DNA from: Anaerolineaceae bacterium
GTDB taxonomy: Bacteria > Chloroflexota > Anaerolineae > Anaerolineales > Anaerolineaceae
NCBI GenBank assembly: GCA_036744375.1
Contig: DAINSU010000003.1
Location: forward strand, 7,154-71,153
Direction of reading: 5' to 3'
DNA: 64,000 nucleotides
How positions within the stretch are numbered: the first letter of the stretch is position 1; each line of letters opens with the position of its first letter. Below, in pieces: positions 53,635-62,718 of this stretch. The notes below the pieces were generated by a model that was not told the DNA's origin, searched no databases, and worked only from the letters and a program-made list of their open reading frames with translations. A program made the translations under genes and the position numbers.

Positions 53635-54966
53635 TCAGGCTAAGGCGTGCTCTCTTTCCGCTAAGCTGATCGCCTCATCCAAGATCAGCATAGCCTCATC
53701 CACCTCGCTTTTGGTGGTCGAAAGCGGCGGCGTCACGCGGATGACGCTTTTACCGCAGCCAAGCAGCAGCAACCCACGTTCAAAAGCTTTATAGACCACA
53801 TCATCGCGCAGGCTCTCAGCAGGGTGTTTACTCTCGCTGTCCTCCACAAATTCGACGCCCAACATAAAGCCTTTGCCACGCACATCGCCAATACTGGGAT
53901 GCTTAGCTTGCAGCTCTTCCAAGGCTTCTTTGCAATACGCCCCGACCACGCGTGTGTTTTCCATATATTGCTCTTCGATTAGCTGAATGGTCGCGAGTGC
54001 AGCTGAGCACGAAACCGGGTTGCCGCCAAAAGTATTCCCATGTGAACCTTTGGGCCAATCCATCAGCTCTTTGCGCGTGATCATGGCGCCCAGCGGCATC
54101 CCTGAAGCAATCCCTTTAGCAGTGAGCACGATATCCGGTTCCACGCCATAGTGTTCAATAGCCCACCACTTGCCCGTTCGCCCCATGCCAGATTGGACTT
54201 CGTCCACAATCAACAATATATCGTATTTATCACAAAGTTTTCGCAATGCTGGGAAGAAGTCATCCGGAGGGTAAATATAGCCACCCTCACCTTGGATGGG
54301 TTCAACTAAAACGCCAGCGACGTCTTCACCTGGCATCAGGCGGCCTAAGATTTCATCTTCAATGAAAGCAACGACGGTTTCGCCTTGTCCCATACCCGGC
54401 CGGCGCTCGAGCACAGGGCGGTACGGATTGGGGAAAGGCACATGCACCACACCGCTCATCAAAGGAAAGAACCCGTTTTTATAATGCGATTTGCTGGCTG
54501 TAAAGGAAACTGCCCCCATTGTGCGCCCATGAAAGGCGCCCAAAAAACCTATAAATTCGGTGCTGCCGGTATGATAACGCGCTAGCTTGATCGCCGATTC
54601 AACGCTTTCGGTGCCTGAGTTGGTCATAAAGCAAGATGAAGGTCCGTTCCACGGAGCAATTTCAGCTAGCTTTTCGGCTAAGGTGATCCACTTTTCGTGG
54701 TAAAAATCGGAGGAGATATGAATAAACTTCTCGGTTTGATCCTGAATGGCTTTAACCACCTGGGGGTGACTGTGACCGGTGGAAGCCACAGCAATGCCAG
54801 CTTCAAAATCTAAAAAACGGTTGCCATCCACGTCCCAGACCTCGGTACCCCGACCGTGGTCCATCACGAAGGGATAACCACGCGGGTAAGAGGGTGAAAT
54901 GACAGCGTTATCGCGAGCGATTAATGCTCGCGCCTTTGGACCAGGTAAGTTGAGGGGTTGCATCAA
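53635..54966 (-). CDS. class-III PLP-dependent aminotransferase (GabT/ArgD-like)
   Basis: Contains NSGTESVESAIKLAR, DEVQSGMGRTGKWWA and LTAKGIASG, which provides the PLP Lys. Confidence 0.9.
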   Translation of the reverse strand: MMQPLNLPGPKARALIARDNAVISPSYPRGYPFVMDHGRGTEVWDVDGNRFLDFEAGIAVASTGHSHPQVVKAIQDQTEKFIHISSDFYHEKWITLAEKLAEIAPWNGPSSCFMTNSGTESVESAIKLARYHTGSTEFIGFLGAFHGRTMGAVSFTASKSHYKNGFFPLMSGVVHVPFPNPYRPVLERRPGMGQGETVVAFIEDEILGRLMPGEDVAGVLVEPIQGEGGYIYPPDDFFPALRKLCDKYDILLIVDEVQSGMGRTGKWWAIEHYGVEPDIVLTAKGIASGMPLGAMITRKELMDWPKGSHGNTFGGNPVSCSAALATIQLIEEQYMENTRVVGAYCKEALEELQAKHPSIGDVRGKGFMLGVEFVEDSESKHPAESLRDDVVYKAFERGLLLLGCGKSVIRVTPPLSTTKSEVDEAMLILDEAISLAEREHALA

Positions 54967-55352
54967 TAGGGCTCCTTTCAGAAAGAGATTAAATTAAAAG
55001 AACCAACCGGGGTGAGCGTTGGTTGGTTCTTAGGGTTTCATAAACACATTATAACACACACATTGAATAAAAAGATTTCCACACTCATAGAAGTTCCATG
55101 TTTAAGATAGCGGCTTTTCTGGGCGATATCTGCGCAGTGCTGCCGGTAGTTCCACCCCCAAAAGCCCAAGCAAGCGCACACGTGCCAGGTACGCTGCTCC
55201 GGTCAAAAGCTGCAGCGCCACATCTGCCACATGCCGGTTTTCCGGCTGTTCCAGGTAAGTGCCGCGGGACCAGCCACAGAAAGCCTCGATCGACGGTACT
55301 CACAAAAGGAAACTCAATCAAATAAGCTCTTAAGTTCAATAAAGCACCGCTT

Positions 55353-56096
55353 CTATGATTCTTTTTGAATGAAAACAAGGTAGTGGGAATTAAAGAGTTT
55401 GATTGATTCGAGCATCATTGCCAACGGCCAGGAAAATGGCACGACTCTACGGGCAAGCGGAGGGGCTAAGGTAATCTTATGGAATTCCATAACGCACTGG
55501 GGGAATAAGGCTGCAATTTCTTTAGGCGGGATGCCCTTGGTCTGTGGATTCGTGGGGTTCAGCCAGAAATCATACCAGAGCAAGATCCCTTGCGGTTGCA
55601 GCACACGCAAGATCTCCTCTGCCATGGCTTGCTTCACCTCGGGGCTAAGGATTGAGGAAAAAGCCGTAAATTGCAGCATGAGGTCAAAGGAATGAGATGG
55701 GAATGGCAGCATCTGCCCATCTGCACAAGCAAAGCATGAAAGTGGTAATCGACTCTCTGCCTCGGTCAAGCGCGGATAGAGTAAATCTATCCCAAAAATC
55801 TTTTGAGGATCCGCACCAAAGGTAAGAAATTCTTGCAAAACACCGCCCCTACCGCAGCCAATCTCGCAGATGGATAAGTTGCCAAGGTCTGTAATGTTGT
55901 GTTTTCGTAAAAGTTGGAGCAGCGCTCTTTCTCGGCTTTGCAGCAGAAAAAGTTGAACTGGATTGAAGCGGCTGTACTTTATTGCAGAGATGCCATCTTC
56001 TTCCCGCCGGGCGTATTCTGCCCGTAAGCGCTGAATATCATCCTGATTTTCTAAGGTCATAACGTTTCCATTTTTATTAGCAGCTGTTCCCGCCAC
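55353..56096 (-). CDS. class I SAM-dependent methyltransferase
   Basis: Motif I is ICEIGCGRGGVLQEF and the post-I motif is GIDL. The start is uncertain between GTG 56096 and ATG 56060. Confidence 0.8.
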   Translation of the reverse strand: MAGTAANKNGNVMTLENQDDIQRLRAEYARREEDGISAIKYSRFNPVQLFLLQSRERALLQLLRKHNITDLGNLSICEIGCGRGGVLQEFLTFGADPQKIFGIDLLYPRLTEAESRLPLSCFACADGQMLPFPSHSFDLMLQFTAFSSILSPEVKQAMAEEILRVLQPQGILLWYDFWLNPTNPQTKGIPPKEIAALFPQCVMEFHKITLAPPLARRVVPFSWPLAMMLESIKLFNSHYLVFIQKES

Positions 56097-56104
56097 TTTT
56101 TACA

Positions 56105-56467
56105 TCACGGCCGAATGTACGCCCAGCCCTCAGCCTGCCGGCGCACCAGTTCACTCACGCCTGCCGGGACGATCTGCCTCTCTTCTACCAATTCGTCCTC
56201 GGGGATTTCGTAGAGATGAATGGCATTGCGGCAGAGCATCACATTGACGCCCCGGGCAGCAAGCTGGCGGACACGGTCCGCAACTGTCTGATTATCTTTG
56301 CGAAAGGCTTGGATAGCCGGCCCATTCACGAGGAGCTCGATTTCCAGCTCTTCAAGGCGCATATCGTCCATGAGGTTAACAATGTTATTGAAAGCCATAG
56401 TGATGCGCTTTTCATCAAAATTATCGACATGAAAAATCACTTGGTATTTCTTTTTTGCTTCAGCCAC
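56105..56467 (-). CDS. DsrE/DsrF-like family protein
   Basis: At about 120 aa, it contains YQVIFHVDN....R...AFNNI.N and LLVNGPAI..F, as in COG1416-type DsrE-like proteins. Confidence 0.7.
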   Translation of the reverse strand: MAEAKKKYQVIFHVDNFDEKRITMAFNNIVNLMDDMRLEELEIELLVNGPAIQAFRKDNQTVADRVRQLAARGVNVMLCRNAIHLYEIPEDELVEERQIVPAGVSELVRRQAEGWAYIRP

Positions 56468-56521
56468 GCCTTGCTCCTTTCAGGTGAGCATCTTTAGAAT
56501 AATCATAAACCCTTCAAAGTT

Positions 56522-59059
56522 TTACTGACTACGCAGCACTGCCCCAAATTCACGCGCGAGTGCCCGCACAATGCGATTGCGAATGGTTTCAGCATCTTTG
56601 TCGGTAAGCGTGCGGTCGAAGGCTTGGTAAGTCAGCTGATAAGCCATACTCTTCTTCCCTAGCCCAAGCTTTTCGCCGCGAAAGATGTCGAACAAGCGCA
56701 CATTTACCAGTAATTTTCCGCCAGCCTGGCGAATAGCTGCTTCCAGTGCAGCAGCTGAAACCTCCTCGGGTACGATCACGGCAATATCTTCAACCATTGC
56801 CGGGTAGTTAGAAAGCGGCTGGTGCTCGAACTCTACCCGGCTGAGGGCTACGAGCAGGTCAGCATCTAATTCCGCAGCTAAAACCGGGAGTGCCTCAAAT
56901 TCATAATGCTCTTGCACCATAGGGTGCAGCTCTCCGAAAACGCCTAAGACTCGCTCACCAGAGAGGACCTCGGCGCATTTACCCGGGTGAAAAGTAGGGC
57001 GTTCAGTGGGGCGGAAATTTACCTCCGGGATATGCAAACCCTTGAGCAGCGCTTCCAGCACACCTTTAAGGTCGAAGAAGTCCCGCTGTTCCGGTGTTTT
57101 GGTCTGCCAAGTGGGGATTTCCCGCAAGCCAGCCAGGCCAACCGTCAAGCGCAGCGCCTCGTTTGGCAGCAACTGGCTTTCCACAGGCAGGAATACCGGC
57201 CCAATCTCAAATAGCGCTAAACTTGGGCGAAACTTGCTGTTATATTCCAGCAGCTCCAGCATCGTGGCAAGCCCGCTCGTGCGCATGACTGTGCGGTCAG
57301 GGGTGATAGGGTTCTTGATACGCACATATTCATGTTTTGGATCGATCGATTGGTTAGGCAGAATGCGCGCCTCGCGCTGGGGAGAGGTCTGGCGGTAAGC
57401 TACCGTATCCTGGAGCCCTAAGCTCACTAGAATTTCGCGGATGCGCTCTTCCGCCTCGAGCTTCGTATCAAATACCGGCGCTGGCAATTCAACTGCTAAG
57501 CGCTTCGAGGGGATGCGCTCATAGCCGTAGATGCGGGCAATTTCTTCCACCAGGCTAGCTTTGCCAATTAAACCTTCGCCAATATCCAGGCGGATGGGCG
57601 GGGTTTTAGCGCTAAGTTTGTCCTCTTGCAACGTGCATTCAAAACCCAACCTTTCCAAAATGCCCGCTGCTTCTTCCAAGGAGACAGGTGCTCCTAAGCG
57701 GCTGATGATTTCCTCTTCTGTCAGGGTGACGACCGGGTCTTGCGGCGGGAGTGGATAGGCATCCAGAACCCCTTCAACAAGTCTTCCGCCACCCCAGGCG
57801 AGCAAGCGCTGCAGGCAGAGGCGTAAGGCTTGCTCTGCCAATGCGGGATGCACCCCGCGGCTGAAGCGCCAGCCGGCTTCGCTGGGAATCTTCAGTTTAC
57901 TTAGAGTCTGGCGGATGTTGATAAAATTCCACGAGGCTGCTTCCAGCAACACATGCTGAGTTTGCGAGGTAATACCCGAGTCCATCCCGCCCATAATACC
58001 CGCTAAGGAAAGCGGTCCTGCGCTATCTGCAACGACCTCCATTCTCTCATCTAACGGTTGAACCGTGCCATCCAAGAGGGTCAGCGTTTCGCCTGGCTGT
58101 GCCGTACGCGTGATGATGCTCGGCGGATTGCCACCGGCGCGCTTGCGCAGCAGGTCGTAATCGAAAGCGTGCAGCGGCTCGCCTGTTTCCAACATGGTGT
58201 AGTTTGTAGCGTCCACCAGCGCGTCAATGGGGCGCATGCCCGCCAAGTTCAGCCGGCGCTGCACCCAATAAGGGCTGGGTTGCGCCTGCACATTCTCCAC
58301 CATTCCGAGCATAAAGCGGGGGTTGAGCTCCGGATTGAGCACTTCTAAGCTGACACGTTTGCTCAGCGCATCCCCTTGGGGCAAGGGAATACCTTGGGGT
58401 AAGCGCAGCTCTCGGTGAGTGACCGCAGCTAACTCGCGGGCAATTCCAAGCATAGAAGCGTCACGCACCATATTAGGCAGGATGGAAATATCAAAAACCG
58501 CATCGCCCATGTAATCCACGAGCGGCGTTCCTACGGGCGCATCCGCATCCAGGATGATCACCCCTTCGTGCTCATCCGAGATGCCAAGTTCCTTTTCAGA
58601 GCAAATCATAGAAAAGGACTCCACTCCGCGGATAACAGCTCGTTTGAGTTTGGTGAGCACTTGCCCAGGCTGATGCCCGTCATAAAGCATGGCGCCTTCA
58701 CGGGCGTAGGCAACCTTAAGCGTCTGCGCTAACTCGCCTTTGCCTTTATAGGGGTAAAGGTTGGGTGCACCGGTGAGGATGATGAGCTCCTGCGTGCCAT
58801 CATTGAGGCGGCAAAGCACCAGCCGGTCCGCATTCGGATGGGGGAGTACTTCCAGCACCTCAGCCACCACAAACTTTTCCCGATCCCACGTTAAGCCCTC
58901 ATATTTGAACTCGTGCCGCTCAGCTTCCGGTTTGGGCAGACCTACCAGCCGAATGCCTTCCACTTCCAATCCAACCATAGTAAGGCAGTGGGCAATTTGC
59001 TCTATGTTCAAGCCATCTACGTCTATATAATCTTTGATCCAGCTTAAAGGTGCTTTCAT
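56522..59059 (-). CDS. pheT: phenylalanine--tRNA ligase beta subunit
   Basis: It has the N-terminal tRNA-binding domain (MKAPLSWIKDY), B3/4 and B5 domains and a C-terminal anticodon-binding domain. It lies downstream of pheS. Confidence 0.95.
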   Translation of the reverse strand: MKAPLSWIKDYIDVDGLNIEQIAHCLTMVGLEVEGIRLVGLPKPEAERHEFKYEGLTWDREKFVVAEVLEVLPHPNADRLVLCRLNDGTQELIILTGAPNLYPYKGKGELAQTLKVAYAREGAMLYDGHQPGQVLTKLKRAVIRGVESFSMICSEKELGISDEHEGVIILDADAPVGTPLVDYMGDAVFDISILPNMVRDASMLGIARELAAVTHRELRLPQGIPLPQGDALSKRVSLEVLNPELNPRFMLGMVENVQAQPSPYWVQRRLNLAGMRPIDALVDATNYTMLETGEPLHAFDYDLLRKRAGGNPPSIITRTAQPGETLTLLDGTVQPLDERMEVVADSAGPLSLAGIMGGMDSGITSQTQHVLLEAASWNFINIRQTLSKLKIPSEAGWRFSRGVHPALAEQALRLCLQRLLAWGGGRLVEGVLDAYPLPPQDPVVTLTEEEIISRLGAPVSLEEAAGILERLGFECTLQEDKLSAKTPPIRLDIGEGLIGKASLVEEIARIYGYERIPSKRLAVELPAPVFDTKLEAEERIREILVSLGLQDTVAYRQTSPQREARILPNQSIDPKHEYVRIKNPITPDRTVMRTSGLATMLELLEYNSKFRPSLALFEIGPVFLPVESQLLPNEALRLTVGLAGLREIPTWQTKTPEQRDFFDLKGVLEALLKGLHIPEVNFRPTERPTFHPGKCAEVLSGERVLGVFGELHPMVQEHYEFEALPVLAAELDADLLVALSRVEFEHQPLSNYPAMVEDIAVIVPEEVSAAALEAAIRQAGGKLLVNVRLFDIFRGEKLGLGKKSMAYQLTYQAFDRTLTDKDAETIRNRIVRALAREFGAVLRSQ

Positions 59060-59076
59060 CCGGTCCTCTCCAGCCT

Positions 59077-60111
59077 TTAAAATTGTTCCAAGAAGCGTAT
59101 GTCATTATTGCGAAAGTGGCGGATATCATCCACGCGGTAGCGCATGAGCGTCGAACGGTCGATGCCCATACCAGCGGCAAACCCCGAAAATTCCTGCGGA
59201 TCATAACCGCCATATTCAAGCACCGTAGGGTGCACCATACCACAGCCGAGGATCTCCAACCATCCGGTACCTTTGCACACATTGCACCCCTCTCCTCCGC
59301 ACACAAAGCACTCCACGTCCATCTCCGCACTGGGCTCAGTAAAAGGGAAATATGAGGGGCGCAAACGCGTGCGGGCATCTTTGCCAAAAGCGCGGGCTGC
59401 AAAGTCAATCAGCGTGCCTTTCATATCTGCAAAAGTAATGCCCTTGCCGACTACCAGCACTTCCACTTGAATGAACTCGATCTCCGAGCGGGCAGTCAGC
59501 TGCTCATAGCGCATGGTCGTACCAGGCAAGATAGCGCGAATATGTTCGGGCGCGCGCTCGCGCATAATGTGAATCTGCCCAGGAGAAGTGTGCGTGCGCA
59601 AGAGCACGCCATCTTTATCGGTGTAAAAAGTGTCCCACATGTCACGGGCAGGGTGGTAAGGCGGTATATTGAGGTAAGTGAAGTTAAAGTCATCCGTTTC
59701 CACTTCTGGGGAGCGGTAGATCTGAAAGCCCATATCGCGGAAAATCTGGCAGACCTCGCGCAAGGTTTGGTTGAGCGGATGCAGGCGACCGCGCTGCACG
59801 GCTCTGCCAGGCAGGGTTACATCAATACGTTCACTAGCTAAAACGCGCTCCAGTTCTGCCTGCCTTAGCTGCTCGCTTTTGACTGCATAAGCGCTCTCCA
59901 GCGCTTGCTTGACGGCATTCGCAGCCCGCCCAACCAGCGGACGTTCTTCCGCAGGCAGCTTACCCAAATCGGAGAAGGCTTGCATCACTGGTGAGGATTT
60001 ACCTAAATGCGCAACGCGCCAGGCTTCTAACGCTTCAGTGCTCACAACCTCTTCCAATGCGGTAAGTGCTGCTATTTTTTCTTGTTCCAGCTGTGCTTCT
60101 CTATCTGTCAT
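59077..60111 (-). CDS. pheS: phenylalanine--tRNA ligase alpha subunit
   Basis: Class II motifs are present: HPARDMWDTFY, FRPSYFPFTEPS and GFAAGMGIDR. Confidence 0.96.
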   Translation of the reverse strand: MTDREAQLEQEKIAALTALEEVVSTEALEAWRVAHLGKSSPVMQAFSDLGKLPAEERPLVGRAANAVKQALESAYAVKSEQLRQAELERVLASERIDVTLPGRAVQRGRLHPLNQTLREVCQIFRDMGFQIYRSPEVETDDFNFTYLNIPPYHPARDMWDTFYTDKDGVLLRTHTSPGQIHIMRERAPEHIRAILPGTTMRYEQLTARSEIEFIQVEVLVVGKGITFADMKGTLIDFAARAFGKDARTRLRPSYFPFTEPSAEMDVECFVCGGEGCNVCKGTGWLEILGCGMVHPTVLEYGGYDPQEFSGFAAGMGIDRSTLMRYRVDDIRHFRNNDIRFLEQF

Positions 60112-60145
60112 TTTTACCTCATCGCAACCTTATAATAACAGGCAA

Positions 60146-60382
60146 TAAAAAAACCCGTCCGTTCAAGGGACGGGCAAGTCTGCCGTGGTACCACCCTTGT
60201 TGGCTGCTTGTGCAACCCACTCAAGGTATTCTATAACGGGAAACCCCGGTGCGGACTACTAGCGCTTCACCCGCACAACTCCCGAGGGAACTTCCTCCAG
60301 CGTTTACCTGGCACTGCTTTCAGTCTGGGGCAGCGCCTCCCTGATGGGTCCCGCTGAGTTACTTTCCTCGTTCACCGTTGAT
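60146..60382 (-). promoter_or_regulatory. T-box riboswitch leader of pheST (with intrinsic terminator)
   Basis: The minus strand contains caaGGGTGGTACCACGg, the T-box sequence (60181-60203). It is followed by the terminator cccgtcc-cttgaac-ggacggg plus ttttttt (60146-60176). A UUC codon sits in the candidate specifier region (60288-60290). Confidence 0.75.
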
Positions 60383-60388
60383 AGCGTA

Positions 60389-60416
60389 ATTATAGGAATT
60401 TGAAGGTGCTTGTCAA
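60389..60416 (-). promoter_or_regulatory. consensus-like promoter for the pheST leader
   Basis: On the minus strand: ttgaca, a 16-nt spacer, then tataat. Confidence 0.65.
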
Positions 60417-60435
60417 GGCAGCCCTTACCTCGAGT

Positions 60436-61011
60436 CTAGTGTAATTTAGGGAGCAATGCGCCAGTGTTCTGAGCATATTCCTGGTATTCAACGCCGAACT
60501 TGGCGAGCAAAGCTTTTTCCTCCGCATTAATGCGAACTACGAATGCGATTACGGCAAGTATAAAGAGAGCTAAACCTCCCAGGCTGCTGGTAACCAAGGC
60601 AAGACCAAGCGAAAGCAAAATCCCTGAGGTGTAAATAGGATGCCGGATGTGAGCATAAATCCCGCTTTTGATCAGGCTTTGCTCCACGCTCGTGCCGGCG
60701 AGTGGTGACCAATTCCGTGCCAATTCCTGCCGCGCCAAGAGGTTAATGATGATGCTCACAAGAATCACCCCAAAACCTGCAATCGTAAGGGGTAGCTGAA
60801 AGCGCTCTGTGATAATTGCCAATGCAGCACCAATCACTAAAGCCAAGTAAGAGCCATAAACCAGGTAAAAGGTAGGGTCGTGGCCTTTAAGAATTGTCGA
60901 CCAAAACGGAATCTTGGCGTCATACTTTCTGGAAACATATAACCCGCTATAGTTATATAGCACAAGGCTTAAAATAAAAGCAATGAGGATGATTTGGCTA
61001 GTTTCCATCAT
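60436..61011 (-). CDS. isoprenylcysteine carboxyl methyltransferase (ICMT/PEMT)-family membrane methyltransferase
   Basis: It is a polytopic membrane protein with the family motif SGIYAHIRHPIYTSGILLSLG....EE..L...FG..Y..Y. Confidence 0.8.
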   Translation of the reverse strand: MMETSQIILIAFILSLVLYNYSGLYVSRKYDAKIPFWSTILKGHDPTFYLVYGSYLALVIGAALAIITERFQLPLTIAGFGVILVSIIINLLARQELARNWSPLAGTSVEQSLIKSGIYAHIRHPIYTSGILLSLGLALVTSSLGGLALFILAVIAFVVRINAEEKALLAKFGVEYQEYAQNTGALLPKLH

Positions 61012-61155
61012 TTTCCCTTCATCTTTCCTATTCTAATATAAATAAAATTCATGCGATGCCAAAACTCGCTCATTTTAATGCGAATGGGAAACATTTAGGG
61101 AAAACACAACACAATGTAAGTGTTTAGACGCTATGTATGCAATGAAAAGCAGTTA

Positions 61156-61521
61156 TTAGCTTCCAAGCGTGTCTTTAGGCGCACTTTCATGGTGTTCCTC
61201 CGCAGGTTGTACTAGCGGGGGGTCCGTAATAGCTGCATCGTTAGCCTTCGGTTGGAGGTCTGAGTTGAGCAGAGTCTGATTCAGGGCGTTGATTTCCTTT
61301 ATCGTTTCCTCAAGCTCTGCCTCTTTCAGAATTTTCTGGGGTAATTCCTGGATCTCTTTGGTGGTACCCACAATTTCCTGCCAAAGCTCGGACTTGCGCA
61401 GGTTGTAAATCCAGCGGCCGGCTTTGTGTGCAAAGTTAACCAAGTCATCCGGTCCAAACATCAATACTGCTAGGACGAGGATAACCAGCAGTTCTAATGG
61501 ACCAATATTGAGAATTTCCAT
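61156..61521 (-). CDS. twin-arginine translocase TatA/B-family protein (TatB-like)
   Basis: The N-terminus ELLVILVLAVLMFGPDDL is followed by an amphipathic helix. It is the third gene of the tatC-tatA cluster. Confidence 0.75.
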   Translation of the reverse strand: MEILNIGPLELLVILVLAVLMFGPDDLVNFAHKAGRWIYNLRKSELWQEIVGTTKEIQELPQKILKEAELEETIKEINALNQTLLNSDLQPKANDAAITDPPLVQPAEEHHESAPKDTLGS

Positions 61522-61551
61522 CGAGCATCATTACAGCAAGGCACAGGCATA

Positions 61552-61764
61552 TCAAACTTGTGTATCTTGACTGTTCTCTTTGTTTTCTTCGTTTTCTTTG
61601 TTCTCCTTGTTTTCTTCCTCTTCACCGCTCAAGCCCTTGCGGAAAGAGCGCACACTTTTTCCCAACTCTTCGGAGACCTTGGAAATGCGCCCCACACCAA
61701 ACACCAAGAGCACAATCACCAGGACGACAATGATCTCAGGGAGACCAAATCTACCACCAAACAT
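61552..61764 (-). CDS. tatA: twin-arginine translocase subunit TatA
   Basis: The protein begins MFGGRFGLPEIIVVLVIVLLVFGVGRI and contains LGKSVRSFRKG. I prefer ATG 61764 over 61791. The C-terminus is an ENKEN-type repeat. Confidence 0.85.
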   Translation of the reverse strand: MFGGRFGLPEIIVVLVIVLLVFGVGRISKVSEELGKSVRSFRKGLSGEEEENKENKENEENKENSQDTQV

Positions 61765-61780
61765 AAGAACCTCCAATTTT

Positions 61781-62524
61781 CTACTGCGCAAAGACGGACA
61801 TCAATACGCTTAATAAGTATAACCCAAGCATCGGCGCCATTAGCAATCCCATATTGACAGGGTCGACCGTCGGGGTAATCATCGCCGCCAAGACTGCCGA
61901 GGCAATCACCGCCACTCGCCACCCCTTAAGCAGCAGCTTGGGGGTAACAATATGTAGCTTGGTGAGCAAGAACATCACCAGTGGGGTTTCAAAAATCAAA
62001 CCAATCCAAAACATCAGGTTGGTCACAAATCCAATATAGTTGGATAGGCGCGGTGTTGTTGTGACACCAAGAAATTGCGTCAGGAAAGGCAACGCTGCCG
62101 GCAACATTATCTCATAAGAAAATACTACCCCAGCCACAAACATGAAGAAAAACGCTGGGATTGAAATAAACAACCATTTCCGTTCCGTCGGCTTTAAACC
62201 AGGAACGATGTACGCGATAATTTCGTAGAGTGTGAGGGGCAGCGATAGGATAAAACCCGAAAGCAGCGAAACCTTCATAAATACGCCCATGTTCTCGGTC
62301 ACTTCAATGGATTGTAAGCTCTCCAAGCCGCCGATAGGCTCCGCCAAAAATTGGATAGCGCGCTCGGCAAAGGCAAAGCTGACGAGCACCCCCACGACTA
62401 AGCCAATCACGATGATCAATAAGCGTTTGCGCAGCTCATTGAAATGTTCCGGGAGGGATAGCTCTTGCATCGTCCCGGGTCGTAAGGTATTTTGTGGAGC
62501 TTCTGAGGACGCGGTTTTTTCCAT
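61781..62524 (-). CDS. tatC: twin-arginine translocase subunit TatC
   Basis: Contains LPEHFNELRKRLL and six TM segments. PGLKPTER matches the TatC signature region. Confidence 0.93.
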   Translation of the reverse strand: MEKTASSEAPQNTLRPGTMQELSLPEHFNELRKRLLIIVIGLVVGVLVSFAFAERAIQFLAEPIGGLESLQSIEVTENMGVFMKVSLLSGFILSLPLTLYEIIAYIVPGLKPTERKWLFISIPAFFFMFVAGVVFSYEIMLPAALPFLTQFLGVTTTPRLSNYIGFVTNLMFWIGLIFETPLVMFLLTKLHIVTPKLLLKGWRVAVIASAVLAAMITPTVDPVNMGLLMAPMLGLYLLSVLMSVFAQ

Positions 62525-62673
62525 ATCATGACTTCCGTAGAATAAAATCGTATCACAAATATATTTGCTCGTTTTAATGAAATGTTACAAGTATAGCTAG
62601 CGTCTACAACTATCCCCCGCGTATTCAAATTTAGATATAAACTGCTTTGCGGCATCTCCTCTGAAACTTAAAT

Positions 62674-62707
62674 AAAAAAAGCCTGCCGGAAGTTTTCACC
62701 GGCAGGC
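62674..62707 (-). terminator. rho-independent terminator of tpiA
   Basis: On the minus strand, a 9-bp stem gcctgccgg/ccggcaggc is followed by ttttttt, 12 nt after the tpiA stop. Confidence 0.85.
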
Positions 62708-62718
62708 ATGTACGCTAC

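Noticed and set aside
55085-55378. Track ORFs 55085-55378 (minus) and 55098-55325 (plus) as real genes. I also considered SRP RNA, RNase P or tmRNA in the same gap.
   Set aside because: Both peptides are Ala/Gly/Pro/Arg-rich with no motif, and one overlaps the methyltransferase 3' end. I found none of the conserved RNA motifs (GGAAGCAGCC-type SRP domain IV, GAGGAAAGUCC of RNase P, a tRNA-like CCA end). The gap is kept only as a possible gene-remnant finding.
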